Source: an uncultured Candidatus Saccharibacteria bacterium
GTDB taxonomy: Bacteria > Patescibacteriota > Saccharimonadia > CAZBQI01
DNA: 64,000 nt
Direction: 5' to 3'
NCBI GenBank assembly: GCA_964494105.1
Contig: CAZBQI010000003.1
Location: forward strand, 21,737 to 85,736
Position numbers and translations under genes: made by a program. Numbering within the stretch: position 1 is the stretch's first letter; each line of letters begins with the position of its first letter. The notes under the pieces were generated by a model. That model had not been told where the DNA came from. It saw nothing but the letters and a program-made list of their open reading frames with translations, and ran no database searches. Positions 10,291 to 20,762 of this stretch are shown here, piece after piece.

Positions 10291-11687
10291 TGAAGTGGCC
10301 ACAGTTAACTGAACTAGTGGATGACTTACAGTCAGGTAAGCGTGACGTAGTAGAGTTGGTTCAAGGCTGTCTTGATCAGATTGAAGGGGCCAAGGATTAT
10401 AATGCTGTTCTTGAAATTAACCCGGATGCGCTAACAAATGCGAAAAAACTAAAGCAATCACCTAAAAAGGGGCGACTCTACGGTGTGCCCTTTATTGCTA
10501 AAGATAACTTTTTGACTAACAGTACCCATACAACGGCGGCGAGTAACATCTTGCGACCATTCAAGGCACCATTCCAGGCGACTGCGATAGAAAAGCTTGA
10601 GGCCGAGGGCGCAATATTATTAGGAAAGGCAAATTTAGATGCGTTTGCCCATGGCTCATCTACCGAAAACAGTGATTTTGGCCCCACAAAAAACCCTCAC
10701 GATAAAACGAAAGTGCCTGGTGGATCATCCGGTGGCTCAGCTGCTGCAGTTGCCCTGGGGCTATGTGGCTTCGCTATTGGCACCGATACCGGCGGCTCAA
10801 TTCGGCTACCTGCCAGCTTTTGTGGTGTTGTTGGATTGAAGCCAACTTATGGCTTAGTATCGCGCTACGGAGTAATCGCCATGGCTAGTAGTACCGATGT
10901 TATCGGGCCTTTAACTCGTAGTGTCAGCGATGCTGCATTGGTTCTGGATATAATGGCCGGGCAAGACGGCAAAGACGCTACGTTAATCGAGCGACAAAAT
11001 AACTATACAACCACAGATGCGCAAATTTCGGGTCTTAAGGTAGGAGTAATTAGGGAGCATACTGAGGGCTTATCAGCCGAAATGAAGGCAATTGTAGATT
11101 CGAACTTGGCAAAACTTAAAAGCCAAGGTGCAAAAATTATGGAGGTTAGTGTTCCTAGCTTTAATCAGGCATTGGCTGCTTACTACATAATTGTTCCAGC
11201 CGAGGTAAGCTCTAACTTGGCTCGGTTTGATGGAATACGATATGGCTTAAGCGAAGAAGGTGAGTCACTTTTTGACGTGTACGAAGCTACTAGGTCGCGA
11301 GGCTTTAATGCCGAAAATCAACGGCGAATACTCATCGGCACGTACGTTCTGTCGAGTGGATATTACGATGCATACTACAAACAAGCTCAAAAAGTACGGG
11401 GAAAACTGATTCAAGATGTAAGTTTGGCTTTTAAAGACGTAGATATTATGATCGGCCCGGCAGCTTCTGGCCCGGCGTTTAGTTTTGGATCAAAGAGCGA
11501 CCCGCTAGACATGTATATGGTAGATGTAATGACGGTCGGGATAAATTTGGTTGGGGTTCCGGCTGTGGTACTACCGGGTGGCAAAGTAGATGGCTTACCG
11601 GCTGGTATTCAGTTAATAGCCGCTCAAAAAGACGATGCTCGCTTGCTTGCAGTGGCGGAGAGTCTAGAGGAGCAGGGTGATGAATAA
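10290..11687 (+). CDS. gatA: Asp/Glu-tRNA amidotransferase subunit A
   Basis: Amidase signature PGGSSGGSAAA and GTDTGGSIRLPA; RRILIGTYVLSSGYYDAYY. Confidence 0.97.
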   Translation: MKWPQLTELVDDLQSGKRDVVELVQGCLDQIEGAKDYNAVLEINPDALTNAKKLKQSPKKGRLYGVPFIAKDNFLTNSTHTTAASNILRPFKAPFQATAIEKLEAEGAILLGKANLDAFAHGSSTENSDFGPTKNPHDKTKVPGGSSGGSAAAVALGLCGFAIGTDTGGSIRLPASFCGVVGLKPTYGLVSRYGVIAMASSTDVIGPLTRSVSDAALVLDIMAGQDGKDATLIERQNNYTTTDAQISGLKVGVIREHTEGLSAEMKAIVDSNLAKLKSQGAKIMEVSVPSFNQALAAYYIIVPAEVSSNLARFDGIRYGLSEEGESLFDVYEATRSRGFNAENQRRILIGTYVLSSGYYDAYYKQAQKVRGKLIQDVSLAFKDVDIMIGPAASGPAFSFGSKSDPLDMYMVDVMTVGINLVGVPAVVLPGGKVDGLPAGIQLIAAQKDDARLLAVAESLEEQGDE

Positions 11688-13128
11688 AACAGAAATTCGA
11701 AAAAAATACCAAGTAGATATAGGCATAGAGTGCCATGTACAACTGAAAACGAAATCTAAACTATTTTGTGGCTGTGGCAATGACGCGCGTGAGGCCGAGC
11801 CTAATACTCTGATATGCGAGATTTGCTTAGGTTTTCCCGGCACCCTACCTTATTTAAACGAACAGGCAGTTTGGTTGTCGCTACGGGCTGGCTTGGCCTT
11901 AAACGCTAAAATCCCCTCGATAACTAAGTTTGATCGTAAGAATTACTTTTACCCAGATCTACCGAAAGGTTACCAAATAACTCAGTTCGACCAGCCAATA
12001 GTTGGTCAGGGACATGTTGATGTTCCGCTGGGTGATGGTTCTTTTAAAGTAGGCATTACCAGGGCACATATGGAAGAGGATGCCGGCAAGCTGGTGCACC
12101 CACCAGCAAAAGACTACAGCCTAGTTGACTTAAATCGTGCTGGCACGCCACTGCTCGAGATTGTATCTGAGCCTGATATTCACTCACCGGCCGAGGCTAA
12201 GGCCTATGTTCAGGAATTATATAACCTGATGCGTTTTGCTGATGTTTCCGAAGTAAATTTATACTACGGCAACATGCGTTTCGACGTTAATACAAGTGTG
12301 CGGCTAAAGGATTCAAAAAAACTTGGCACCCGCACTGAAACCAAAAATATTAATTCTTTTCGTAATGTTGAGCGTGCAGCCGAGTTCGAGATTGAACGTC
12401 AAATAGTGCTACTAGAAAAAGGCGAGAAGATAACTCAAGAAACTCGCGGATGGGATGATGCTAAAGGCAAAACTACCTCTCAGCGGAGCAAAGAAGAAGC
12501 AGAAGACTATCGCTACTTTCCAGAGCCAGATTTACCACCTTTAAGAATTACAGGCGACATAATTGAAAAAGCAAAAAGTGCACAACTATTAAGCTTGCGA
12601 GCAATTAGGGACAAGCTTGCAAATACCGGCCTGAGACCGGATGAAGTTGAGGAATTTATTTCTATTGGACCTGGTTTTGTAAGCATTTATCTAGCTGATT
12701 TACTGCCAAAAGCCAGCCAGCGCGCAGCAAGTTTGATTGGGCGATCATGGATTGGAGCAACTGAAGAAGCGATAGATGAACTGATAAAACAGCTTCACTC
12801 GACTGCTAAAAAGCGCATAATTGATGAACTGGCTCTAGCAGCTGAAGCAACCATTAAGGGCGAACTGACAAATAATCAGTTTAGGAACTATTCATACGAA
12901 CAAATGCTAGGCAAAAAACCAACTATGCCAAAAGCCCAAATATCTGATACCAGTGAAGTCGAAAAAATTATCGAGTTGGTTATTGGCAGAAATCAAAAGG
13001 CTGTTACGGATTATCAAAATGGTAACGAAAACTCACTGAAATTCCTGATTGGTCAAGTAATGAAGGATTCACAAGGACAAGTTAATCCGAGTGTCGCTGC
13101 AGATTTGTTACACAAGAAACTAAAGTAG
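11680..13128 (+). CDS. gatB: Asp/Glu-tRNA amidotransferase subunit B
   Basis: GIECHVQL, FDRKNYFYPDLPKGYQITQ, YRYFPEPDLPP. ATG chosen 7 nt after GAGGAG (alternative GTG at 11677). Confidence 0.96.
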   Translation: MNKTEIRKKYQVDIGIECHVQLKTKSKLFCGCGNDAREAEPNTLICEICLGFPGTLPYLNEQAVWLSLRAGLALNAKIPSITKFDRKNYFYPDLPKGYQITQFDQPIVGQGHVDVPLGDGSFKVGITRAHMEEDAGKLVHPPAKDYSLVDLNRAGTPLLEIVSEPDIHSPAEAKAYVQELYNLMRFADVSEVNLYYGNMRFDVNTSVRLKDSKKLGTRTETKNINSFRNVERAAEFEIERQIVLLEKGEKITQETRGWDDAKGKTTSQRSKEEAEDYRYFPEPDLPPLRITGDIIEKAKSAQLLSLRAIRDKLANTGLRPDEVEEFISIGPGFVSIYLADLLPKASQRAASLIGRSWIGATEEAIDELIKQLHSTAKKRIIDELALAAEATIKGELTNNQFRNYSYEQMLGKKPTMPKAQISDTSEVEKIIELVIGRNQKAVTDYQNGNENSLKFLIGQVMKDSQGQVNPSVAADLLHKKLK

Positions 13129-13144
13129 TAGTATAGGGGTAGGC

Positions 13145-14032
13145 ATGTCACAAAAAATTACGAAAGCAATTATCCCGGCAGCTGGTTTTGGTACACGCTT
13201 TTTGCCACAAACCAAAGCTATGCCCAAGGAGATGCTCCCGGTGGTTGATAAACCGGTAATTCAGTACGTAGTAGAAGAGGCCGTCGCTTCTGGTATTAAA
13301 GATGTGGTGATTGTCACCGGTGCACTCAAGCGAGCGATTGAAGATCATTTTGATACGCCAAACGCAGATCTCATTCAAAATTTAAAAATGGGTGGAAAAG
13401 AAGAATTATTAAAGCAGACTCAGGCGATTTCAGATTTAGCAAATTTCATCTACATTCGTCAAAAAGGTATTTACGGCAACGGAACTCCCGTGTTGTCCGC
13501 AGAACCGGTAGTAGCTGGCGAGACTTTTGCGGTTCTTTGGGGCGATGAGTTTATTTACAGTAAGCCACCTCGTCTGGCGCAAATGATGAAGGTATATGAA
13601 AAATACGGCGGAGCGGTTATATCGAGTGTGCGGATTGAGCGCAAGGAAGATCTAAAGCGATATGGCATAGCCGAGATTGACCCCATAGAGGGCAATGTTT
13701 TCCGAATTAAGAAAATTGTGGAAAAACCGGAGCCGGAAGATGCTCCGTCAAATCTAGCTACTCATGGTGCATATATTTTGCCTCCGGAAATATTCGACAT
13801 CTTGCGTTCACAAAAGCCGGGCACGGGTGGTGAGCTTTACTTGCCCGAAGCGATTGATGCGCTAATAAAGACTGGCTATCCGGTGTACGGTTGTGAAATC
13901 GAAAATGGTCGCTACTTTGATACCGGCAACAAGGAAAGGTATTTGGAGACAATAGTCGAGATGGCTCTAGAAGATGCGAAGCTCGGACCGAAATTTCGTG
14001 AGTATTTAAATAACATATTGAAAAAGGTCTAA
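13145..14032 (+). CDS. galU: UTP-glucose-1-phosphate uridylyltransferase
   Basis: AAGFGTRFLPQTKAMPKEMLPVVDKP; VEKP. Confidence 0.95.
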   Translation: MSQKITKAIIPAAGFGTRFLPQTKAMPKEMLPVVDKPVIQYVVEEAVASGIKDVVIVTGALKRAIEDHFDTPNADLIQNLKMGGKEELLKQTQAISDLANFIYIRQKGIYGNGTPVLSAEPVVAGETFAVLWGDEFIYSKPPRLAQMMKVYEKYGGAVISSVRIERKEDLKRYGIAEIDPIEGNVFRIKKIVEKPEPEDAPSNLATHGAYILPPEIFDILRSQKPGTGGELYLPEAIDALIKTGYPVYGCEIENGRYFDTGNKERYLETIVEMALEDAKLGPKFREYLNNILKKV

Positions 14033-14053
14033 CAAACTAGTATAATATCACCT

Positions 14054-14302
14054 ATGGATGCTTTTGAAATATTAGTAATAATTTTAGCAACAGCACTAGC
14101 TGTTTTTATAGTTCTAGGTATTATTCTAACTTCAATTCTAATAAAAATTGCAAAACACGTTAAGGTTGTAACCGAAAAGGCCGAAGATGTTGCTAGTAAT
14201 GTGGCGGCCGCATCGCAGTACGTGAAGCCTGCTATGTTTTCAGCGGCTGCCTCCAACTTTGTGAAGAACATGATGAATAACAACAAAAAGAAAGGTGAAT
14301 AA
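14054..14302 (+). CDS. small single-pass membrane protein (DUF948/YoxC-like)
   Basis: N-terminal TM helix plus coiled segment; TATAAT 7 nt upstream; precedes a YtxH-like gene. Confidence 0.7.
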   Translation: MDAFEILVIILATALAVFIVLGIILTSILIKIAKHVKVVTEKAEDVASNVAAASQYVKPAMFSAAASNFVKNMMNNNKKKGE

Positions 14303-14580
14303 TGGGTAAAAAATTTGTTAAAGGGACAATAATTGGCGCAATCGCCGGTGCAGTTGCAGGAGTTTTGTTTGCCCCAAAAAGTGGTAAAGAAACTCGCGAA
14401 GACATAAAGAAAGGCGCCAAAGCAACTAAGGAAAAAGCCGCAAAAAAGTACAGTGATGTCAAAAAAAGCACGGCCAAGGAAGTGACAAAGGCAAAGAAGG
14501 TTGGAAAAAAAGTTGTATCGGGTGCAGGTAAAGAGATAAACAAAGTAAAAAAGAACGTAAGCAAACGCGTAAACAGATAA
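14302..14580 (+). CDS. YtxH domain protein
   Basis: GAIAGAVAGVLFAPKSGKETR signature. Confidence 0.9.
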   Translation: MGKKFVKGTIIGAIAGAVAGVLFAPKSGKETREDIKKGAKATKEKAAKKYSDVKKSTAKEVTKAKKVGKKVVSGAGKEINKVKKNVSKRVNR

Positions 14581-14583
14581 AAA

Positions 14584-14853
14584 ATGCCCACGAAATCACG
14601 TCCTAGTGATAAGGATTATCGAGCTTTAGGCAAGGCTGTTGAAAAAGCCTTAGTGACGGATTACTCTAGTTTTGTCGACCATAAGCGAAGCTTCTATTGG
14701 ATGAGCTTTTCGAGAGGACTACTTGCCGGTTTTGGTGGAGTTATCGGTGCTACGCTGGTGGTGGCGATTGTAATATGGCTATTGTCAATTTTTGGTAATC
14801 TACCGGTAATTGGAGATTTCTTTAACACAACCAAAGAAACCATCCAGCAGTAA
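14584..14853 (+). CDS. DUF5665-like small membrane protein
   Basis: SFSRGLLAGFGGVIGATLVV...LPVIG. Confidence 0.75.
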   Translation: MPTKSRPSDKDYRALGKAVEKALVTDYSSFVDHKRSFYWMSFSRGLLAGFGGVIGATLVVAIVIWLLSIFGNLPVIGDFFNTTKETIQQ

Positions 14854-14854
14854 T

Positions 14855-15829
14855 ATGTCTATTGGATATCAAGAGATAGCAACAGCCATAATTCTTTTGG
14901 CGTTTGGTGGTATATTCATTGCCACCATTTGGCTTCAACTGTCCAAGTCATTTATAGCTGAAATAATCGGTAGCTTTCCGCTTCAATTATTCTTCGGCTT
15001 AACATCGGTTGCTACTGTACTTTTTATTTTCGCCCGCGCAATAGGGGTGAACGACAATATGTTTTGGTTAATAATGGCTTTTGCATTGCTACCGGTTTGT
15101 TTCATCGTGGTCAGAGTGCTAGCGTTTTCGTTTATTCATCCGAAGGAAACAAGAACTGAGCATAGCAATTTAAACATCGGCTCTTTCAATAAGCAGATTG
15201 GTACCGAAAACGCTCATTTAATTGTAGATTACGCTCAGCAAATTGGTTTGGATATTCTTGGAATTTCCGAAGTAAAAAGAATTGATTTTGCCAAACTGCT
15301 AACCGGCGAGTACCCGTATACGTTTAATAGCAATAAAAAGTATGGAATTGGCCAGGCTGAATTTTTGATTCTTAGTAAATATAAACTTGGAGAAGTTAAA
15401 AGCATTTCACTTGACAAATTTGGCAATGGAGTCAGAACAGAAGTTAATATTAAAGGCAAGCGAGTCGCGGTTTATTTAATTCACACAACTGCGCCGATAT
15501 CACCGGAGCTTTTTTTAAAGCGCAACGAAGGTTTTGCTAAGCTGACAGAAATACTGAAGGCAGAAAAGACGAAACGCATAATTGTGATGGGCGATCTAAA
15601 CATTACCCCCTATAGTTGGGAGTACCGTCATTCTCTAGGCAGCCTAAGGCACTTGATTTATAACGCTACAAAAGGATGGGGTATACATTTCACATGGGCA
15701 TTTTTTCAGCCACTTTCCACGCAACTGGATCACATATTCGCAAGTAAAAATATTCACACAAAACAATTCATAGTCGATAAAAATTTAAAGTCAGATCACA
15801 ATTTGATTTGGGCAAAACTAAAAGTCTAG
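14855..15829 (+). CDS. membrane-anchored endonuclease/exonuclease/phosphatase (EEP) family protein
   Basis: N-terminal TM helices, then SFN, DILGISE, GDLN, LDHIF, SDH. ATG at 14855 preferred over the upstream TTG. Confidence 0.85.
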   Translation: MSIGYQEIATAIILLAFGGIFIATIWLQLSKSFIAEIIGSFPLQLFFGLTSVATVLFIFARAIGVNDNMFWLIMAFALLPVCFIVVRVLAFSFIHPKETRTEHSNLNIGSFNKQIGTENAHLIVDYAQQIGLDILGISEVKRIDFAKLLTGEYPYTFNSNKKYGIGQAEFLILSKYKLGEVKSISLDKFGNGVRTEVNIKGKRVAVYLIHTTAPISPELFLKRNEGFAKLTEILKAEKTKRIIVMGDLNITPYSWEYRHSLGSLRHLIYNATKGWGIHFTWAFFQPLSTQLDHIFASKNIHTKQFIVDKNLKSDHNLIWAKLKV

Positions 15830-15874
15830 CTTCGCATACATGTTAAAATTAGGGTAAATAACAAGAGGTATTGG

Positions 15875-18800
15875 GTGAGTAAAACATCCGCCGATATTGG
15901 CGTTGCAAATTTAAGTGAATCAAAATATACACCCAAAGACTTTGCGCATTTACATACCCATAGTCATTACAGCCTTCTAGATGGCTTGCAAAAAGTGCCC
16001 GAGTTACTCGATCGAGTAAAGTCGCTGGGAATGAACAGTGTGGCCATTACTGATCACGGAACTTTATCTGGGGCAATTGAGTTTTATAAGGAAGCGAAAG
16101 CACGGGGGATTGAACCGATAATTGGGATTGAAACGTATGTTGCTCCGCGAAAGCACACTGATAAAGACGGAAAAGAAGACGCCAATCCATTTCACTTGAT
16201 TTTGCTGGCTATGAATAATAACGGCTATCGCAACTTAATGAAGCTCAGCACGATTGCCAATTTAGATGGTTTTTATTACAAGCCGAGGATTGACCACGAC
16301 TTACTAGAGAAGCATAACGAAGGATTAATAGCTCTTTCGGCTTGTGCAAGTGGTGAAGTAGGGAACGCTATTCGTAACGATCAATACAAAGCAGCCAAAG
16401 AAATAGCCACATGGTACAAGAAAATCTTTGGCGACAGATACTATTTAGAGGTGCAAGATCATGCTCATCAGTGGGATGTCCAAAAAAAGATTAACGACAC
16501 GGTATTAAAAATTGGCAATGAACTAGATATCGATGTAGTAGTGACGGCTGACGCTCACTATACGATAGAGCCAGACCAAGAAGCACACGAAATTCTACTT
16601 TGCGTACAAACTGGGTCTCAACTTGACGATGATCGCAGAATGTCTCTACGAGATATGCACTTATTTATGTCAGATCCGAAAGAAATCCAAAAACGCTGGA
16701 AGTCGAATCCTGAGGTCTTAACCAACACAGCCAAAATCGCTAAGCGATGTCATGTAGATATTGAACTTGGCGGAATACTAATTCCGACATTTGATACCCC
16801 GCAGGGATACGATGAGTCATCATTACTGCGCGAAAAGGCAATTCAAGGTTTGGCTTGGCGCTACGCCAATCAGTCAAAAAAAGATTCAGAAAAAATGGGC
16901 GAGAAAGATGTGAAGGCAAGTGTTGAGCCACGACAATTTACAAGGCTTGAGTATGAGCTCGATGTAATAAATAAAATGGGTTTTGCCGGATACTTTCTAA
17001 TTGTGGCGGACTTTGTAAACTGGTCAAAAAAACAGGGAATCATCATCGGTCCGGGAAGAGGGAGCGGCGCAAGTTCGATAGTTGCCTATGCCCTAAACAT
17101 TACCAATATTGACCCGCTGAAATACGATCTATTATTTGAGCGCTTCCTGAACCCGGACAGAGTGAGCATGCCTGATTTTGATATAGATTTCCAAGATGAT
17201 CGTCGAGACGAAGTAATTGACTATGTTACCAAAAAGTATGGGGCAAATCGCGTTGCGCACATTGCCACCTTTGGCAAGATGGCGGCAAGGAACGCCATTA
17301 GAGACACTGCTCGAGTATTAGGTGTTTCTTATAACGATGCGGATCGGCTAGCGAAAATGGTTCCTCCGCCTGTCCAAGGACGTCACATACCATTAGCTAA
17401 AAGTATAAAAAGCGATAAACAATTAAAGCAAGAATACACTTCTAACGAGCAGTCGAAAAAAGTAATTGATTTGGCAATAAAACTTGAAGGTACAATTCGA
17501 TCCCATGGTGTTCACGCTGCCGGAGTAGTAATTGCGCCCGAAAGTATAACTCATTTTACGCCCTTGGAAATGGCTCAAAAAGGCGTTGTAGCAACGCAAT
17601 ACTCTATGGGCCCGGTAGAGGAACTGGGTTTGTTAAAGATGGACTTTTTGGGTTTATCAAATTTAACAATTATAAAAAACGCCTTGCGCATAATTCGCAA
17701 AGTTTACAAGAAAAACATCGATATCACTAAGTTGCCACTTGATGATAGAAAAACATACGAATTACTCAGCCGAGGCGAGACTACCGGAGTCTTTCAATTG
17801 GAATCGGCCGGCATGAAGCGCTACTTGAAACAACTTAAGCCAACAGAGTTTTCCGATATTATCGCAATGGGTGCGCTGTATCGACCAGGTCCAATGGCCG
17901 AGATACCTCGTTACATCGAAGGCAAGCACAATCCATTAAAAGCAACTTACCCGCACCCATTATTGGAGCCAATCCTGAAGGACACCTATGGTGTTATGGT
18001 TTATCAGGAACAAATTATTGCCATGTTGCAGTTGATTGCAGGCTATACTCCCGGTGAAGCTGATTTAGTGAGGAAGGCTATCGGGAAAAAGAAGCGAGAT
18101 ATTATGCAGGCCGAAGAACCAAGGTTTGTCGAAGGATGCGTAAAAAAGGGTATTGGCAAGCACCAGGCAAAAGCATTGTGGGCGCTGATTCAGCCATTCG
18201 CTGATTACTCATTTAATAAGGCCCATGCTGCGTGCTACGGATTAATTGCGTTTCAAACAGCTTATTTGAAGGCTCATTTCCCATCGGCATTAATGGCGGC
18301 CTTACTGACGAGCGATTTCGAAGACACTGATCGAATAGCTATTGAGTTGGCAGAATGTAAACAGATGGGCATTAAGGTATTGCCCCCGGATGTGAACGAG
18401 AGTTTTGTGGAATTTGCTGTCCAGCCAAAAACTGGAGCTATAAGATTCGGACTAAGCGCCATTAAAAACGTCGGCGTAAGTGCGGTCGAGGAAATTCTAA
18501 GGGCGCGTAGTGAGCGTTCGTTTAAATCTATCGAAGACTTTGCCCGTCGGGTAAGCCCGCGGAGTGTTAACAAGAAAACCTGGGAGAGCCTTATTAAAAC
18601 AGGGGCTTTTGATCAATTAGAAAATCGACAGAAGTTGTTAGCAAATATGGATTTGATTATTAGTTATGCATCAAAGTTCCACAAGAAGATCGGTAGTCCC
18701 CAAATAGATTTATTTGGCGCACACAGTAAGGCTGGCGAGTTACATAGCGAACTGGTTCTAGAGAATCCGAGTGAGTCAGCCGAAGAAACGGACCAATTGC

Positions 18801-19429
18801 TATGGGAGAAGCAACTACTGGGAGTGTACTTAAATGAACATCCGCTAGATAAATATCGGAAGGTTATGATGGCGGATAACATAGTTCCAATTAATGAAAT
18901 AAGCTCGGAACACGAGGGTAAGCAAATTGACATTGGTGGTTTGGTGACAACAGTCCGGCAAATTAAGACTAAGAACGGTGCCAACATGGCTTTCGTTACA
19001 ATTGAGGATTACACTGCCAGTCTTGAGTTGGTAGTTTTTCCAAAAACCTTTGAAACAGCAATTAACTTATGGCAAGAAGACACACTACTGCGTATCAGTG
19101 GCAAAGTAAGTAGTAAAGATAAGGATGGTGTGAACACTGGGGAACCAAAGATTCTGGTAGAGAGTGCGAGAGGCCTAAGTGATATTGACGACACAGGAGC
19201 ATCGCTGGACGAAATAACAATCACTTTGCGTGACACAAGCGATGCCGAACTTTTAAACGACTTAAAGAAAGTTCTTGTTGAGTATCCGGGAAAAACTAAA
19301 GTCATTATCGTTGTCGGTGATGCTGACGAAACTAAGATTAAGTTGCCATTTGGCGTTAACTTTTCTAGTGAACTCCAACAGCAAATTGATACGATTTTTG
19401 ACCCGTCGAAAGTAAAGGTGTCGATCTAG
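15875..19429 (+). CDS. dnaE: DNA polymerase III alpha subunit
   Basis: PHP domain HLHTHSHYSLLDG, GRGSGASS, PDFDIDF, FNKAHA, OB fold. Confidence 0.98.
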   Translation: MSKTSADIGVANLSESKYTPKDFAHLHTHSHYSLLDGLQKVPELLDRVKSLGMNSVAITDHGTLSGAIEFYKEAKARGIEPIIGIETYVAPRKHTDKDGKEDANPFHLILLAMNNNGYRNLMKLSTIANLDGFYYKPRIDHDLLEKHNEGLIALSACASGEVGNAIRNDQYKAAKEIATWYKKIFGDRYYLEVQDHAHQWDVQKKINDTVLKIGNELDIDVVVTADAHYTIEPDQEAHEILLCVQTGSQLDDDRRMSLRDMHLFMSDPKEIQKRWKSNPEVLTNTAKIAKRCHVDIELGGILIPTFDTPQGYDESSLLREKAIQGLAWRYANQSKKDSEKMGEKDVKASVEPRQFTRLEYELDVINKMGFAGYFLIVADFVNWSKKQGIIIGPGRGSGASSIVAYALNITNIDPLKYDLLFERFLNPDRVSMPDFDIDFQDDRRDEVIDYVTKKYGANRVAHIATFGKMAARNAIRDTARVLGVSYNDADRLAKMVPPPVQGRHIPLAKSIKSDKQLKQEYTSNEQSKKVIDLAIKLEGTIRSHGVHAAGVVIAPESITHFTPLEMAQKGVVATQYSMGPVEELGLLKMDFLGLSNLTIIKNALRIIRKVYKKNIDITKLPLDDRKTYELLSRGETTGVFQLESAGMKRYLKQLKPTEFSDIIAMGALYRPGPMAEIPRYIEGKHNPLKATYPHPLLEPILKDTYGVMVYQEQIIAMLQLIAGYTPGEADLVRKAIGKKKRDIMQAEEPRFVEGCVKKGIGKHQAKALWALIQPFADYSFNKAHAACYGLIAFQTAYLKAHFPSALMAALLTSDFEDTDRIAIELAECKQMGIKVLPPDVNESFVEFAVQPKTGAIRFGLSAIKNVGVSAVEEILRARSERSFKSIEDFARRVSPRSVNKKTWESLIKTGAFDQLENRQKLLANMDLIISYASKFHKKIGSPQIDLFGAHSKAGELHSELVLENPSESAEETDQLLWEKQLLGVYLNEHPLDKYRKVMMADNIVPINEISSEHEGKQIDIGGLVTTVRQIKTKNGANMAFVTIEDYTASLELVVFPKTFETAINLWQEDTLLRISGKVSSKDKDGVNTGEPKILVESARGLSDIDDTGASLDEITITLRDTSDAELLNDLKKVLVEYPGKTKVIIVVGDADETKIKLPFGVNFSSELQQQIDTIFDPSKVKVSI

Positions 19430-19441
19430 CTAATTATTGAT

Positions 19442-19807
19442 TTGCTTGATGATTCAGCGCTATACATTCATACTTCGTATATAAAGATACCGGAGAGGCA
19501 ATTGCCGAAACGAAAAGTTCGAAGAACAACCAACTTTAGCCCAAATTTAAATTTGGCTTCTGCAAATGATCGGCTATTGTTCCTTGAGTGGATGGTGGTC
19601 TTTTCGATACCGCTCTTAATGATTGGCGCCATCAGGTTTATAGCAATATTTTACACTTTTGCCGCCACTCTAGTGCTGGTGGGCAGTTACCTAATTGTAG
19701 CTATAGTTGATGCCAATAAAGGGCATCCGTCGCTCCACCTCGTTGCCACAGTGAAGTATATTGTCATTGCAACGGCTTTAACTGTAGTTATTTATTACGC
19801 TCTATAA
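19442..19807 (+). CDS. small membrane protein, paralogue of the next ORF (start uncertain)
   Basis: About 3 TM helices; shares EWxxVFxIPxxMIxxIRxxAIFY with 19866..20171. Confidence 0.6.
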   Translation: MLDDSALYIHTSYIKIPERQLPKRKVRRTTNFSPNLNLASANDRLLFLEWMVVFSIPLLMIGAIRFIAIFYTFAATLVLVGSYLIVAIVDANKGHPSLHLVATVKYIVIATALTVVIYYAL

Positions 19808-19865
19808 ACATAATATTGACTAAACCGCGAAAATAGTGTAAAATCATAAGCGTTAAAAGCAAGAG

Positions 19866-20171
19866 ATGAATTCGATGCAACATTTGCTAAAATTGCGAAC
19901 TCAGTTGAACGTTGCTGAATGGCTAATTGTTTTTGCAATTCCATTTGTCATGATTGTGCCTATTCGGCATGTCGCAATATTCTACGTTGGCTTAGCTTTG
20001 ATTCTTGTCGTTATGGCTTATGCCGGCACGGCCTCTTACGACTATTTGCATACGAGAAAGATCAATCAAAAACGACGAAAGAATCTGGTTGAGCCACAAT
20101 TTCATTACCTGAAGATGCTTCTGTACGGGCTTGTGAGTTTTATGCTGTCGTTTATGTACCTAATGCGATAA
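19866..20171 (+). CDS. small membrane protein, paralogue of the previous ORF
   Basis: About 3 TM helices; own promoter TTGACT-17-TAAAAT. Confidence 0.65.
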   Translation: MNSMQHLLKLRTQLNVAEWLIVFAIPFVMIVPIRHVAIFYVGLALILVVMAYAGTASYDYLHTRKINQKRRKNLVEPQFHYLKMLLYGLVSFMLSFMYLMR

Positions 20172-20690
20172 TTCGTATAGCGCTATACCAGTTGCGACAC
20201 TTACATTTAGCGACTCTTTTTTTCCGAATTGTGCAATTTCGAGTACGGAGTCGCACATCTTTAAAGATTCGTCCGAAATTCCGTTGACTTCATTGCCAAG
20301 AATAAGTGCGCAGGGGAGTTTAGGGGAAAAGCCTTCTATTGGTACAGAGTCTTTGGTCTGCTCGAGCGCATAGATTGTGTAGTGGGTTGCCATTAATTGC
20401 AGAATAGCATTTTTGGTAGTATCCACATGCAAAGATTTAACGTTTTTTTCGGCTCCAAGCGATGTTTTGGTAATCTGGGTCAATACTTTTTGCTGTATGT
20501 GCGGTAAACGCTCATCATTTGCTTCTGGTAAGTATGGGGTTATTCCGCAGCAGTAAATTGTGCCGATGCCAAAAATATCGCAAGTGCGAAGTATTGAACC
20601 AACATTATGAATACTGCGAATGTTATCTAAAACAACCACTATTTCATTTGCTGGTTTTACTTTTTGGAAATTAGTGATTGGTGAGTTCAT
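20160..20690 (-). CDS. TrmH/SpoU-family RNA methyltransferase
   Basis: NIRSIHNVGSILRT, LILGNEVNG, SLNVSVA SPOUT motifs. Confidence 0.92.
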   Translation of the reverse strand: MNSPITNFQKVKPANEIVVVLDNIRSIHNVGSILRTCDIFGIGTIYCCGITPYLPEANDERLPHIQQKVLTQITKTSLGAEKNVKSLHVDTTKNAILQLMATHYTIYALEQTKDSVPIEGFSPKLPCALILGNEVNGISDESLKMCDSVLEIAQFGKKESLNVSVATGIALYELSH

Positions 20691-20762
20691 AAGTATATGG
20701 TAGCACTATATCTCAGTTGCTTGTTTACAGTGGTGGCTAAGATGTGGTACAGTATTGTGTCT

